A stretch of DNA of 64,000 bases, taken from positions 135,625-199,624 of the forward strand of contig JBEKFE010000004.1 in the NCBI GenBank assembly GCA_050013475.1, written 5' to 3'. The translations under genes were made by a program, and so were the position numbers. This document shows positions 51,117 to 61,276 of this stretch, piece by piece (the first letter of the stretch is position 1; every line of letters starts with the position of its first letter). The DNA comes from Bacteroidales bacterium. Lineage in GTDB: Bacteria; Bacteroidota; Bacteroidia; Bacteroidales; VadinHA17. The notes below the pieces were generated by a model. It worked only from the letters and a program-made list of their open reading frames with translations, made no database searches and was not told the origin of the DNA.

Positions 51117-51683
51117 TCATCCCCTGAGCATTTCGATCATTTCGCTTACCGCTTCGGTATCAAAAACATCCCTGACAGGCGATAATCCTGCCAGTGCCCT
51201 TGATGTGTTGAGGTCTTCTTCGGTGATGAAATCTTTTCCTATGAAGATCTGGTAAAGGATCGCAGATTTCAGGGTATTTGCTTTTATCCTGAACGAGAAT
51301 GGACTGAACCTTGCAGGGAACGAATGGACAAAGCGATGCTCATTATCGTAGTATTTTAAAACCCAGTTTGATCCGTCGGAAAGCAAAATTGTCCTGAAAT
51401 CATTTGCATCCTTACCGGCCCATTCATGAAAATCTGGCAGCTTTGTCAGCTTGTTTGTTTTGATGAAGTTCAGCAGTTCACCGCCTATCACATCGTATGT
51501 GAGATCGCCTGAATAGACATCCATTACAGATCCCCCGATATGTTTAAGTTCTTTAACTATTGCATGGTTGTCTGACAGGCTGTTAGCTCCTGAATTGATC
51601 TCAATGAACTCCCTGATGAACCCCAGGTGATGTTTAAGTGGATTGAAAAGTACGGGGACCGGTATCCTGTTAGCAGGTAGCAT
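51117..51683 (-). CDS. hypothetical protein (188 aa), no recognised domain
   Basis: Clean ORF with an ATG start and ordinary globular composition. Lies between two tRNA genes. Confidence 0.6.
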   Translation of the reverse strand: MLPANRIPVPVLFNPLKHHLGFIREFIEINSGANSLSDNHAIVKELKHIGGSVMDVYSGDLTYDVIGGELLNFIKTNKLTKLPDFHEWAGKDANDFRTILLSDGSNWVLKYYDNEHRFVHSFPARFSPFSFRIKANTLKSAILYQIFIGKDFITEEDLNTSRALAGLSPVRDVFDTEAVSEMIEMLRG

Positions 51684-51811
51684 AATGTTTGATACTGTAA
51701 TTTATTTTGAACCCATTAAGTTAAGAAATATTTTTTATTCTGATATGATAATTGCAGATAATCTGCCTTTTACAGTCATAGTACTGACTGGTTTACCATG
51801 AAATTACCGTA

Positions 51812-51951
51812 GGATCACCGACAAAGCAAACCCCGCTTTGCGGGGTAACAATGTAAATTTCCCCTCCTTTGCAAAGGAGGGGTGTCATGCCCAAGGTGGC
51901 ATGACGGGGTGGTTAGCTTGTAAAATGTTCGGGGATTACCTTCGGTGATCC
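51812..51951. other. GC-rich multi-hairpin module (candidate structured RNA or MITE/REP-like element)
   Basis: A 10-bp inverted repeat (GGATCACCGA / TCGGTGATCC) encloses three hairpins (51831-51845, 51861-51882, 51884-51905). Confidence 0.5.
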
Positions 51952-52061
51952 CTGTTGGGGCTCCAGGCAAAGACAAAACAAACCCGGCTCCGCAGGGTAT
52001 TCTGTTTTTATTCGAGTCTTCGCCCGGACAAGTGCGGCTCAGCCTCTTATAAAAACCAAAA

Positions 52062-52086
52062 CCACCCTGCCGTTACGGCAGGGTGG
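52062..52086 (-). terminator. rho-independent terminator of tRNA-Ser (also hairpin plus T-tract on the plus strand)
   Basis: 11-bp stem CCACCCTGCCG / CGGCAGGGTGG, flanked by AAAAACCAAAA (52051-52061) and TTTGTTTTGTCTTT (52087-52100). Confidence 0.75.
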
Positions 52087-52101
52087 TTTGTTTTGTCTTT
52101 G

Positions 52102-52191
52102 CGGAGAGAGGGGGATTCGAACCCCCGGTCCCGCTTCTAGCGGGACACACGCTTTCCAGGCGTGCCAGTTAAACCACTCCTGCATCTCTCC
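52102..52191 (-). tRNA. tRNA-Ser (anticodon GGA)
   Basis: Reverse complement folds as acceptor GGAGAGA/TCTCTCC, anticodon stem CACGC/GCGTG with loop CTGGAAA, long variable arm GTCCCGC-TAGA-AGCGGGAC, T arm GGGGG-TTCGAAT-CCCCC. 90 nt. Confidence 0.9.
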
Positions 52192-52219
52192 TTGCTGGTC
52201 AGCGGCGGCGCAAATTAAA

Positions 52220-52227
52220 CAAAATTA
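52220..52227 (-). promoter_or_regulatory. putative -7 box (TAATTTTG on minus strand)
   Basis: Same octamer as the tRNA-Arg box, 28 nt upstream of the tRNA-Ser 5' end. Confidence 0.4.
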
Positions 52228-52244
52228 TTCTCAATAAAAAAGTA

Positions 52245-53279
52245 TCAGGTTATTTCTCCGGCAAGCGATTTATTAAGGTAAAAGATCACCTTTTCCCTTG
52301 AGTCAAACCGCCCTAGCAGATGCATGAGTTTTGTAACCGATGCCTCTGAAGTGATATCTCTGCCACTCAGGACTCCAGCATTCAGCATCTCCCTGCTTGT
52401 CTCGTAAAGCCCCATTTCGACAGTTCCTGCGTGACACTGAGTCACATTAAGGATCAACCCGCCCTTATTTATGAATCCGCTGAGCTCATCAAGAAACCAT
52501 CTGAAAGTTGGGGCATTCCCGGCACCAAATGTCTCCAGGATAATTGCCTTTAGTCCGGCTGTATTGGCAACGGCCCTGACAAAATTCCTGCTTATCCCCG
52601 GAAAAAGCTTAAGAAGTGCAACATCGGTATTTATATCCTTGTGAACAGCGAGATCTCTTCTGATGACGGGATACTTTATGAGGTTCCTGTTAAACTTTAT
52701 ATGAAGCCCTGCTTCAGCCAGCGGGGGATAATTTGGTGAGTCAAAGGCATCAAACTGTTCCGCACTTATTTTGGTTGTCCTGTTTCCCCTCATAAGCTTA
52801 CTATCGAAATAGATACAAACTTCAGGGACAACAGGAAGACCATTGCTCCGGGCTGCGGCAATTTCAATAGCGGTGATCAGATTCTCCTTACCATCCGTCC
52901 TGGGAACACCGATTGGAAGCTGCGATCCTGTAAGGATCACAGGCTTTTCAAGATTTTCTAGCATGAAACTAAGGGCTGATGCCGAATAGGCCATTGTGTC
53001 CGTCCCATGAAGGATCACGAAACCATCAAAATCGTTATAGTTTTGTTCAACCACCGATGCCATTCTAACCCATGTTGCAGGCTCAATATTCGATGAATCA
53101 GTGGCCGGATCAAAAGAGACAGACTTTAACCGGTATCCGAACCTCTTCAGTTCCGGAAGCTGGTCTGACACATCGGAAAAATTTATTGGCACCAGTGAAC
53201 CGGTAACAGGATCATTTACCATGCCAATGGTCCCGCCGGTATAAATAATAAGAATCGATATCTCCTTTTCTGCCGCCAT
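52245..53279 (-). CDS. ansA: type I L-asparaginase
   Basis: N-terminal TGGTIGM catalytic motif and HGTDTM motif. Confidence 0.9.
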   Translation of the reverse strand: MAAEKEISILIIYTGGTIGMVNDPVTGSLVPINFSDVSDQLPELKRFGYRLKSVSFDPATDSSNIEPATWVRMASVVEQNYNDFDGFVILHGTDTMAYSASALSFMLENLEKPVILTGSQLPIGVPRTDGKENLITAIEIAAARSNGLPVVPEVCIYFDSKLMRGNRTTKISAEQFDAFDSPNYPPLAEAGLHIKFNRNLIKYPVIRRDLAVHKDINTDVALLKLFPGISRNFVRAVANTAGLKAIILETFGAGNAPTFRWFLDELSGFINKGGLILNVTQCHAGTVEMGLYETSREMLNAGVLSGRDITSEASVTKLMHLLGRFDSREKVIFYLNKSLAGEIT

Positions 53280-53282
53280 ATT

Positions 53283-54050
53283 TTAAAGATTGAACAGTTC
53301 TGCCGAGTTCCCCGAGGTGATAGCCGCTACCTCCTCCGGATCGGCTCCGAGCAGGTCAGCAACCCTGCTATTTATTATGCAAAGATAAGAACTCTCGTTC
53401 CTTTTACCTCTATGCGGAACAGGAGCAAGGTATGGAGAGTCGGTCTCAAGAATGAGATGGGATAGCCCAATCTCCCTGACCACTTCTCCGAGACCTGAAT
53501 TCTTAAAGGTCACAATCCCGCCGATACCAAGCCTGAACCCAACGTCCACCGCCTTTCTGGCTGTATCCGGATCTCCCGAGAAAGCGTGAAATACACCTCT
53601 TATGCCTTTACCTGAAAACTCCGAAAGCACCGAAAATATTTCAGGGAAGGCATTGCGTGAATGGATCGCCACCGGAAGATCATTCTCGAGAGCAAGGTTT
53701 ATCTGGTATCTGAAAGCCTCGGTCTGCTCCCTGAAAAAAGTTTTGTCCCAGTAAAGATCAATTCCGATCTCCCCGATGCCTACAAATCTGTTCTGAGGAA
53801 GTAGTTTTCCCAGTTCACTGAGCTGCTCCCTGTAATCCTCCTTTACTGAAGTTGGATGAAGTCCGAGCATAGGAAAGCAGGTCCCTTTGAACCGGCTTAC
53901 TGCAGACATCATCGGGGCAACGGAATGGAGATCAATATTTGGCATCAGAAGAGTTGATACTCCGCAAGATACCGCATTCTTTACAGTCTCATCCCTGTCG
54001 CTGTCGAATTCAGGCAGGTAGAGGTGAGTGTGTGTATCTATAAGCTGCAT
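53283..54050 (-). CDS. tatD: TatD-family metal-dependent hydrolase
   Basis: IDTHTHL N-terminus, conserved H/E/D pattern, 255 aa. Confidence 0.85.
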   Translation of the reverse strand: MQLIDTHTHLYLPEFDSDRDETVKNAVSCGVSTLLMPNIDLHSVAPMMSAVSRFKGTCFPMLGLHPTSVKEDYREQLSELGKLLPQNRFVGIGEIGIDLYWDKTFFREQTEAFRYQINLALENDLPVAIHSRNAFPEIFSVLSEFSGKGIRGVFHAFSGDPDTARKAVDVGFRLGIGGIVTFKNSGLGEVVREIGLSHLILETDSPYLAPVPHRGKRNESSYLCIINSRVADLLGADPEEVAAITSGNSAELFNL

Positions 54051-54133
54051 GAGAATTGTTATTCAGGGTGCAAAAATAAAAAAAGTAGCGTCACATTGTT
54101 GTAACGCTACTTTTAATCGAACATTATTTCTTA

Positions 54134-55513
<1,380 letters not shown>

Positions 55514-55689
55514 TCAATAATATTAAGGCTGGAAAAATAAGAAATTGTTAAGCAAATTACAAAGCAAAAAAGCATCAAACTTTAATATTAATCAATTGAA
55601 GATTAAGGCTTAATAATCAAGCAAAAAATGCATTCTCAGATAACAGAATTGTGCTTAATAGTTATGCCTGGTTTAAAATTTAAATGCCT

Positions 55690-56799
55690 TCAGTTCGTTA
55701 TGCGGTAAATATTCCCCGGATAACACTTGATTATTCCGTTAAATTCCATCTGCAAAAGCATTGAAGAGAGTTTATTGACCGGTATATTTGTTACCCTGCA
55801 GAGGTGATCAATATTCATTTCTCCCTCCCTGCTGATGTTTTCAAAAACGAGCTTCTCATCATCCGGAAGTTCGCTGAACAGTAGCCTTTGTACAGGCAGT
55901 TTCGATCTTTCTGGTTTCCAGTCGAGATAGTACTCTATATCATCGGAGTTCTCTACCAGGGCAGCCTTGTTTCTTTTGATAAGGCTGTTACAACCGGCTG
56001 ACCATTGATCTTCCGGTCTACCGGGTACTGCAAAAACATCGCGGTTATATGATCCTGCAATATCCGCAGTAATGAGCGCTCCTCCCTTTATACCCGATTC
56101 TATAACCAGTGTAGCATCGGAGATCCCCGCGATGATCCTGTTCCGTTTTATGAAGTTGTTTCTTTCAGGCTGCTCATCAGAGAGAAAATCGGTAATAAGC
56201 CCCCCGTTGCTTTTCATCGATTCAGCAATTGACCTGTGAACGGAGGGATAGGTCGTCTTGAACCCGTGACCAAGTACGCCGATGGTCTGAAGTTTATTTG
56301 ATAGTGCAGCCTTGTGGGCACTGATATCAATGCCGTAAGCAAGTCCGCTTACTATGATGAGGTCGCTGTGTCCGTGCGCAAGTCCGGAGATGATCCTGTC
56401 GCATATCTCTTTCCCGCGGCTTGTCGCATTCCTTGTTCCTACCACGCTTAGGATTTTAGGTGCATTAAGATCACTGTTTCCCCTGAAATAGAATACCACG
56501 GGTGAATCCTCACACTGGCGAAGTCTGAAAGGATAATCCGCATCGAGGTAAAAGAAAGTTCTGATATTGTTCTTCGCGATGTATATGGCTTCCTTCTCGG
56601 CAGTATCAAGATAGGAGCGCTCGCAAATGTATTTTGCAAGGCTGGTCCCTATGCCAGGGATCTTCACCAGTGAGTTGTAAGGCTCGAAGAAAACCCCTTC
56701 AACGCTTCCAACGTGGGCAACCAGCTTACGGGCATTTATATCCCCGATACGGGGGATAAGGCTTAAAGCAATTTTATGCTTAAGTGAGATTTCAGTCAT
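55690..56799 (-). CDS. dprA: DNA-processing protein DprA
   Basis: DprA Rossmann-like core (SGLAYGID...HKAAL, GGALITA). ATG 56799 is preferred, because the longer ORF runs into the upstream terminator hairpin. Confidence 0.85.
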   Translation of the reverse strand: MTEISLKHKIALSLIPRIGDINARKLVAHVGSVEGVFFEPYNSLVKIPGIGTSLAKYICERSYLDTAEKEAIYIAKNNIRTFFYLDADYPFRLRQCEDSPVVFYFRGNSDLNAPKILSVVGTRNATSRGKEICDRIISGLAHGHSDLIIVSGLAYGIDISAHKAALSNKLQTIGVLGHGFKTTYPSVHRSIAESMKSNGGLITDFLSDEQPERNNFIKRNRIIAGISDATLVIESGIKGGALITADIAGSYNRDVFAVPGRPEDQWSAGCNSLIKRNKAALVENSDDIEYYLDWKPERSKLPVQRLLFSELPDDEKLVFENISREGEMNIDHLCRVTNIPVNKLSSMLLQMEFNGIIKCYPGNIYRITN

Positions 56800-56831
56800 G
56801 GCACGAGAAGTTGAGACGATACCAAATATAC

Positions 56832-56870
56832 AAAAAAATGTAGAGACGGTCAATTTGGCCGTCTCTACAT
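56832..56870 (-). terminator. rho-independent terminator containing the second TGTAGAGACG...CGTCTCTACA element
   Basis: 12-bp stem ATGTAGAGACGG / CCGTCTCTACAT, followed on the minus strand by TTTTTTT. Downstream of the 56894 gdh gene. Confidence 0.8.
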
Positions 56871-56893
56871 CGAAAATATTATTAAAATTATTA

Positions 56894-58231
56894 TTACAGC
56901 ACGCCAGTATCTACCATTGCATTTGCAACCTTGAGGAACCCTGCCACATTTGCGCCTTTTACATAATCGACATACCCGTTTTCGCGCTTCCCGTATTTGA
57001 CACACTGCGCATGAATGTTGCACATAATTTCGTGAAGGCGGCCGTCAACCTCGTTGCTGCTCCAGCTGAGCTTCATCGAATTCTGCGACATTTCGAGACC
57101 TGATGTGCCAACCCCTCCTGCATTTGCTGCCTTGCCTGGTGCAAAAAGAAGTCCATTCTTCTGAAGTATCTCGATAGCTTCGGGAGTACATGGCATGTTT
57201 GCCCCTTCACATACGCAGATACATCCGTTCTTCACAAGCTTTTCTGCATCCTCGCCGTTAAGCTCGTTCTGCGTGGCGCAGGGAAGCGCAATATCGACCT
57301 TCACTTCCCATGGATGCCTGCCCTCATGGAACTGTACACCCGGGAATTCGAATGAATACGGTTTGACTATATCTTCATTTGAGGCACGCAATTCGAGCAT
57401 GTATTCGATCTTCTTTCCGGAAATTCCATCAGGATCATAAACATAACCATCCGGACCGGAAATGGTCACCACCTTTCCTCCAAGCTCGGTCACCTTAAGG
57501 GCAGCACCCCATGCTACATTACCAAAACCTGAGATGGCGACTTTTTTACCCTTGAAGCTTTCCCCGCGAGTAGCAAGCATCTCCTTTGCAAAATATACGC
57601 AGCCGAATCCTGTTGCTTCAGGACGTATAAGTGAACCGCCCCAGTTGATCCCTTTGCCAGTCAGAACTCCTGTATGCTCGCCGGCGAGCTTTTTGTACAT
57701 CCCGTACAGGAACCCTATTTCACGTCCGCCAACACCGATATCGCCTGCCGGGACATCTGTCTCGGGTCCGATATATCTCCAGAGTTCAAGCATGAACGAC
57801 TGGCAGAAACGCATCACTTCCGCATTTGACTTACCTTTTGGATCAAAATCGGAACCGCCTTTTCCGCCACCCATCGGAAGCGTCGTGAGTGAATTTTTGA
57901 ATATCTGCTCAAATCCCAGGAATTTCAGGATCGAAAGATTTACACTAGGGTGGAATCTCAGACCTCCTTTGTACGGACCGATGGCATTATTGAACTGAAC
58001 CCTGTAACCAAGGTTGACCCTTACGTTTCCTTCGTCATCCACCCAGGGAACCTTGAACATTATTGCTCTGTCAGGTTCAATTATTCTTTCAATGATCTTT
58101 GCAGTTTCAAATTGCGGATTTTCATTGTATACCTCCTCAATTGATTCAAGAACTTCCCTTACAGCCTGAAGGTACTCAACCTCCCCGGGATGCTTTTTCT
58201 CGAGGCTGCTCATTATCTTATCTACATTCAT
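56894..58231 (-). CDS. glutamate dehydrogenase, NAD-type dinucleotide motif
   Basis: Same family motifs as the other paralog, but the nucleotide fold is SGFGNVAWGAALK, as I recall for the NAD-specific clostridial enzyme. Confidence 0.85.
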   Translation of the reverse strand: MNVDKIMSSLEKKHPGEVEYLQAVREVLESIEEVYNENPQFETAKIIERIIEPDRAIMFKVPWVDDEGNVRVNLGYRVQFNNAIGPYKGGLRFHPSVNLSILKFLGFEQIFKNSLTTLPMGGGKGGSDFDPKGKSNAEVMRFCQSFMLELWRYIGPETDVPAGDIGVGGREIGFLYGMYKKLAGEHTGVLTGKGINWGGSLIRPEATGFGCVYFAKEMLATRGESFKGKKVAISGFGNVAWGAALKVTELGGKVVTISGPDGYVYDPDGISGKKIEYMLELRASNEDIVKPYSFEFPGVQFHEGRHPWEVKVDIALPCATQNELNGEDAEKLVKNGCICVCEGANMPCTPEAIEILQKNGLLFAPGKAANAGGVGTSGLEMSQNSMKLSWSSNEVDGRLHEIMCNIHAQCVKYGKRENGYVDYVKGANVAGFLKVANAMVDTGVL

Positions 58232-58322
58232 AGCTAATATTTATTTAGATGGTTATTAGTGATTGAAAATGAAAGCACAAAGGTTGCTTCCTCGAACGGG
58301 ATTAAATATGATTTTACTCATG

Positions 58323-58823
58323 TTATTTCTTAGCCTCTTCTGCATCGTGCGGGGTGAGAAGGTAAAGTGAATTCAGCAACCTTGCCCTCTCTTTCCGCGA
58401 AAGATTGCTTATAAAAACCGGAGGGTACTTAGCCACTCCCTGCGGGTACTGGTGAAACAGGGTGATACTCTGAATAAGCCCGAAAAATTGCTTGTCCCTG
58501 CGATAACCTGCAAAATCACTTTTATTAATCTCAACTGAGTTCTTCTTTCCACCAACTATACCTGCATTAAAATACCTGATAACAATCTTTTCTTCATCGT
58601 CAGAGTAGCTTATATACTGGTAGTTAAGGACCAGTGGGTAAATTGCTATGATCATGTATATCCCTACCAGGATAAGAGTAATGACCGTTTCACTTAATCC
58701 CAGAACCGGGAACTTTATGATCTCTGCGGCAAATGCCAGTACCATATAGGCAAGAAGCAGCAAAGTAGCAATGAAAAGCCTGATCCTGGCTGCGATGATC
58801 GTTCTGCTGTTATCGAATGTCAT
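58323..58823 (-). CDS. hypothetical membrane protein (2 TM plus small soluble domain)
   Basis: Two long hydrophobic helices, then about 90 aa of soluble sequence. No motif recognised. Confidence 0.5.
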   Translation of the reverse strand: MTFDNSRTIIAARIRLFIATLLLLAYMVLAFAAEIIKFPVLGLSETVITLILVGIYMIIAIYPLVLNYQYISYSDDEEKIVIRYFNAGIVGGKKNSVEINKSDFAGYRRDKQFFGLIQSITLFHQYPQGVAKYPPVFISNLSRKERARLLNSLYLLTPHDAEEAKK

Positions 58824-58871
58824 AATATTCCGTTTTTTGGTTCTGAAATTTCATTTAGATAATTCAATTAT

Positions 58872-59327
58872 TCAAATCTTCCTGTGCCTTTTTGATCTGA
58901 AGAAGCTCACCATGAGGTTCTCGCATTCATCCCTGAGTATCCCTTTTCTCACTGTTGTCTTTGGATGAAGAAGGAGTGCAGGTATCAGTGTATAACCTTT
59001 CTTTTCATCATCACATCCATAGATAAGCGCGGAGACCTTGCTCCATCCAAGAGCTGCCGCACACATCGGGCATGGTTCAACCGTGACATAGATCCTGCAG
59101 CCTGTAAGATATTTTCCCCCCAGGTAGTTTGCCGCCGCCGTAATTGCCTGCATCTCGGCATGCGCGGTCGGATCATTCAGCGTCTCGGTAAGGTTATATG
59201 CACGGGCAATTATCACATCCTTGAAGACCACGATGGCACCAACCGGCACCTCCTGCCTGTTGAGAGCCTTTTCAGCCTCCGAAATGGCTGAGCTCATAAA
59301 ATGTTCATCTTTGTCAGCCTGTGACAT
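58872..59327 (-). CDS. tadA: tRNA-specific adenosine deaminase
   Basis: Zinc motifs HAEMQA and PCPMC. Confidence 0.9.
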   Translation of the reverse strand: MSQADKDEHFMSSAISEAEKALNRQEVPVGAIVVFKDVIIARAYNLTETLNDPTAHAEMQAITAAANYLGGKYLTGCRIYVTVEPCPMCAAALGWSKVSALIYGCDDEKKGYTLIPALLLHPKTTVRKGILRDECENLMVSFFRSKRHRKI

Positions 59328-59484
59328 ATATGAAAGACAAAAGATTGAGAAGCAAAGCTACGAAATCCTGCATTTCGGGATAAAAGTATAAAGACAAAAG
59401 TATAAAGAAAATGTCATTTTCAGTTCACTCTGACCAGGTAAGCTTATGTTTAAGGTGAAAACCTTCCTCAACGGATTATTTTCT

Positions 59485-59492
59485 TATTTTTG
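59485..59492 (+). promoter_or_regulatory. putative -7 box (TATTTTTG)
   Basis: TAnnTTTG match 22 nt upstream of the aspS ATG. Confidence 0.4.
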
Positions 59493-59514
59493 CTGAAATT
59501 CTAACACTCATAAG

Positions 59515-61275
59515 ATGTACAGGACACATACTTGCGGAGAACTTAATTTATCAAATAAGGGGGTCAATGTTACACTGGCCGGATGGGTTCAGCGGTCCAG
59601 GGATTTTGGAGGAATGACATTTATTGACCTGCGCGACCGTTACGGGATCACCCAGCTTGTTTTCAATATGGCAGTCAACCAGGAGTTGTGTGAAAAAGCA
59701 AGGAAGCTCGGAAGGGAGTTTGTGATCCAGGTCAGCGGAAGGGTCGAGGAGAGAAGCAACAAGAACCTGAAGATGCCTACCGGCGAAATAGAGATAGTCG
59801 TTGAAATGCTCAATATCCTGAATAACAGTGAATTGCCTCCTTTTACCATTGAGGAGGAAACAGACGGCGGTGAGGAGCTGAGGATGAAATATCGCTATCT
59901 CGACATCAGGAGGTCGCCTATTAAGAACAATCTTATCCTCAGGCACAGGGTGGCAGGAGAGGTGAGGAAATATATGGATTCACTTGGCTTTATAGAGGTC
60001 GAAACGCCAGTTCTTATCAAATCTACCCCGGAAGGTGCAAGAGATTTTGTTGTTCCTTCAAGATTGCAACCCGGTACATTCTATGCACTTCCGCAGTCGC
60101 CCCAGACCTTCAAGCAGCTGATAATGGTTGCGGGTCTTGACAAATATTACCAGATCGTTAAATGCTTCCGCGATGAGGACCTTCGGTCGGACCGCCAGCC
60201 TGAGTTTACCCAGATCGACTGCGAAATGTCGTTTGTCGAAAGAGATGATATTCTAAATACATTTGAAGGGCTTGCCAGGTATCTTTTTAAAGAGGTAAAA
60301 GGGGTAACCTTTGAAAAGCCTTTTCCAAAGCTCTCATATGATGAGGTAATGAACACTTATGGCTCAGATAAGCCTGATCTGAGGTTCGAAATGAAATTCA
60401 CCGACCTGACATCACTGTCCAGGGGTAAAGGATTTTCAGTTTTCGACAATGCCGAATACATTGGGGCAGTATGTGCCGGAGGAGCCTCGGAATATTCGAG
60501 GAAACAGCTTGATGACCTTACTGAATTTGTGAAAAAACCGCAGATCGGGGCGAAAGGGCTCGTCTATATAAGATATGGAAATGACGGAAAGCTGAAATCG
60601 ACCATCGATAAATTCTTTTCACCCGATAAGCTGAAAGAGTGGATTGTATTATTAAATGCAAAGCCCGGTGATCTGATCCTGATCCTTGCCGGAGACAAAA
60701 AAAAGACACAAGCAGCTTTGTCAGAGCTTCGCCTGGAGATGGGTAATCGTCTTGGTCTGAGGGACCCGGGTAAGTTTGTGCCTCTCTGGGTAGTTGATTT
60801 TCCGCTTCTGGAGTGGGATGAAGAGACAAAGAGGTTCTATGCCATGCATCACCCCTTCACATCACCAAAGCCTGAAGATATGATACTTATGGAATCTGAT
60901 CCGGGCAGGGTCAGAGCCAACGCTTACGACCTGGTAATAAATGGCGTTGAGATCGGTGGAGGTTCAATAAGAATACATGATTCATCGGTGCAGAAACTGA
61001 TGTTCAGGGTGCTCGGATTCACAGATGAGGAGGCTGAGGCACAATTTGGTTTTCTGGTAAACGCCTTTCGCTACGGGGCGCCTCCTCACGGAGGTATAGC
61101 TTTCGGGTTTGACAGGTGGGTCGCCCTCTTTGGCGGACAGGATTCAATAAGGGATTTTATTGCTTTCCCGAAGAACAACGCAGGACGTGATATGATGATC
61201 GATACACCTTCAAAAATATCATCCAAGCAGCTCGATGAGCTGATGATAACTATCAGACAGCCTGTAAAGGATTAG
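59515..61275 (+). CDS. aspS: aspartate--tRNA ligase
   Basis: Class II motifs ([29 protein letters not shown]). Confidence 0.95.
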   Translation: MYRTHTCGELNLSNKGVNVTLAGWVQRSRDFGGMTFIDLRDRYGITQLVFNMAVNQELCEKARKLGREFVIQVSGRVEERSNKNLKMPTGEIEIVVEMLNILNNSELPPFTIEEETDGGEELRMKYRYLDIRRSPIKNNLILRHRVAGEVRKYMDSLGFIEVETPVLIKSTPEGARDFVVPSRLQPGTFYALPQSPQTFKQLIMVAGLDKYYQIVKCFRDEDLRSDRQPEFTQIDCEMSFVERDDILNTFEGLARYLFKEVKGVTFEKPFPKLSYDEVMNTYGSDKPDLRFEMKFTDLTSLSRGKGFSVFDNAEYIGAVCAGGASEYSRKQLDDLTEFVKKPQIGAKGLVYIRYGNDGKLKSTIDKFFSPDKLKEWIVLLNAKPGDLILILAGDKKKTQAALSELRLEMGNRLGLRDPGKFVPLWVVDFPLLEWDEETKRFYAMHHPFTSPKPEDMILMESDPGRVRANAYDLVINGVEIGGGSIRIHDSSVQKLMFRVLGFTDEEAEAQFGFLVNAFRYGAPPHGGIAFGFDRWVALFGGQDSIRDFIAFPKNNAGRDMMIDTPSKISSKQLDELMITIRQPVKD

Positions 61276-61276
61276 G

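Noticed and set aside
51955-52140. 61-aa ORF in the tRNA-Ser gap
   Set aside because: It runs through the terminator hairpin and into the tRNA-Ser gene on the opposite strand, so it is an artefact of an open frame across structured DNA.
50923-52191. Genomic islet integrated at a tRNA gene
   Set aside because: There is no integrase, no direct repeat of either tRNA 3' end, and only one small ORF. The 7-nt GGGGATT match at 51931 is too short to count as an att remnant.
56800-56853. N-terminal extensions of ORF-track calls (dprA here; also rimP 8038-8094, yccF 15509-15526, sigma 28377-28436, T9SS-CTD 31883-31930, the plug-only gene 62697-62753, and lptE-like 33954-34010)
   Set aside because: The extensions start at non-ATG codons or run through terminators and upstream genes. 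Internal ATGs give N-termini typical of each family (signal peptides or conserved first residues).
57195-58144. ORFs of up to 178 aa antisense to the NAD-type gdh (similar short ones lie opposite gdhA)
   Set aside because: Pro/Ser-rich translations with no start context, embedded in a clearly coding gene.
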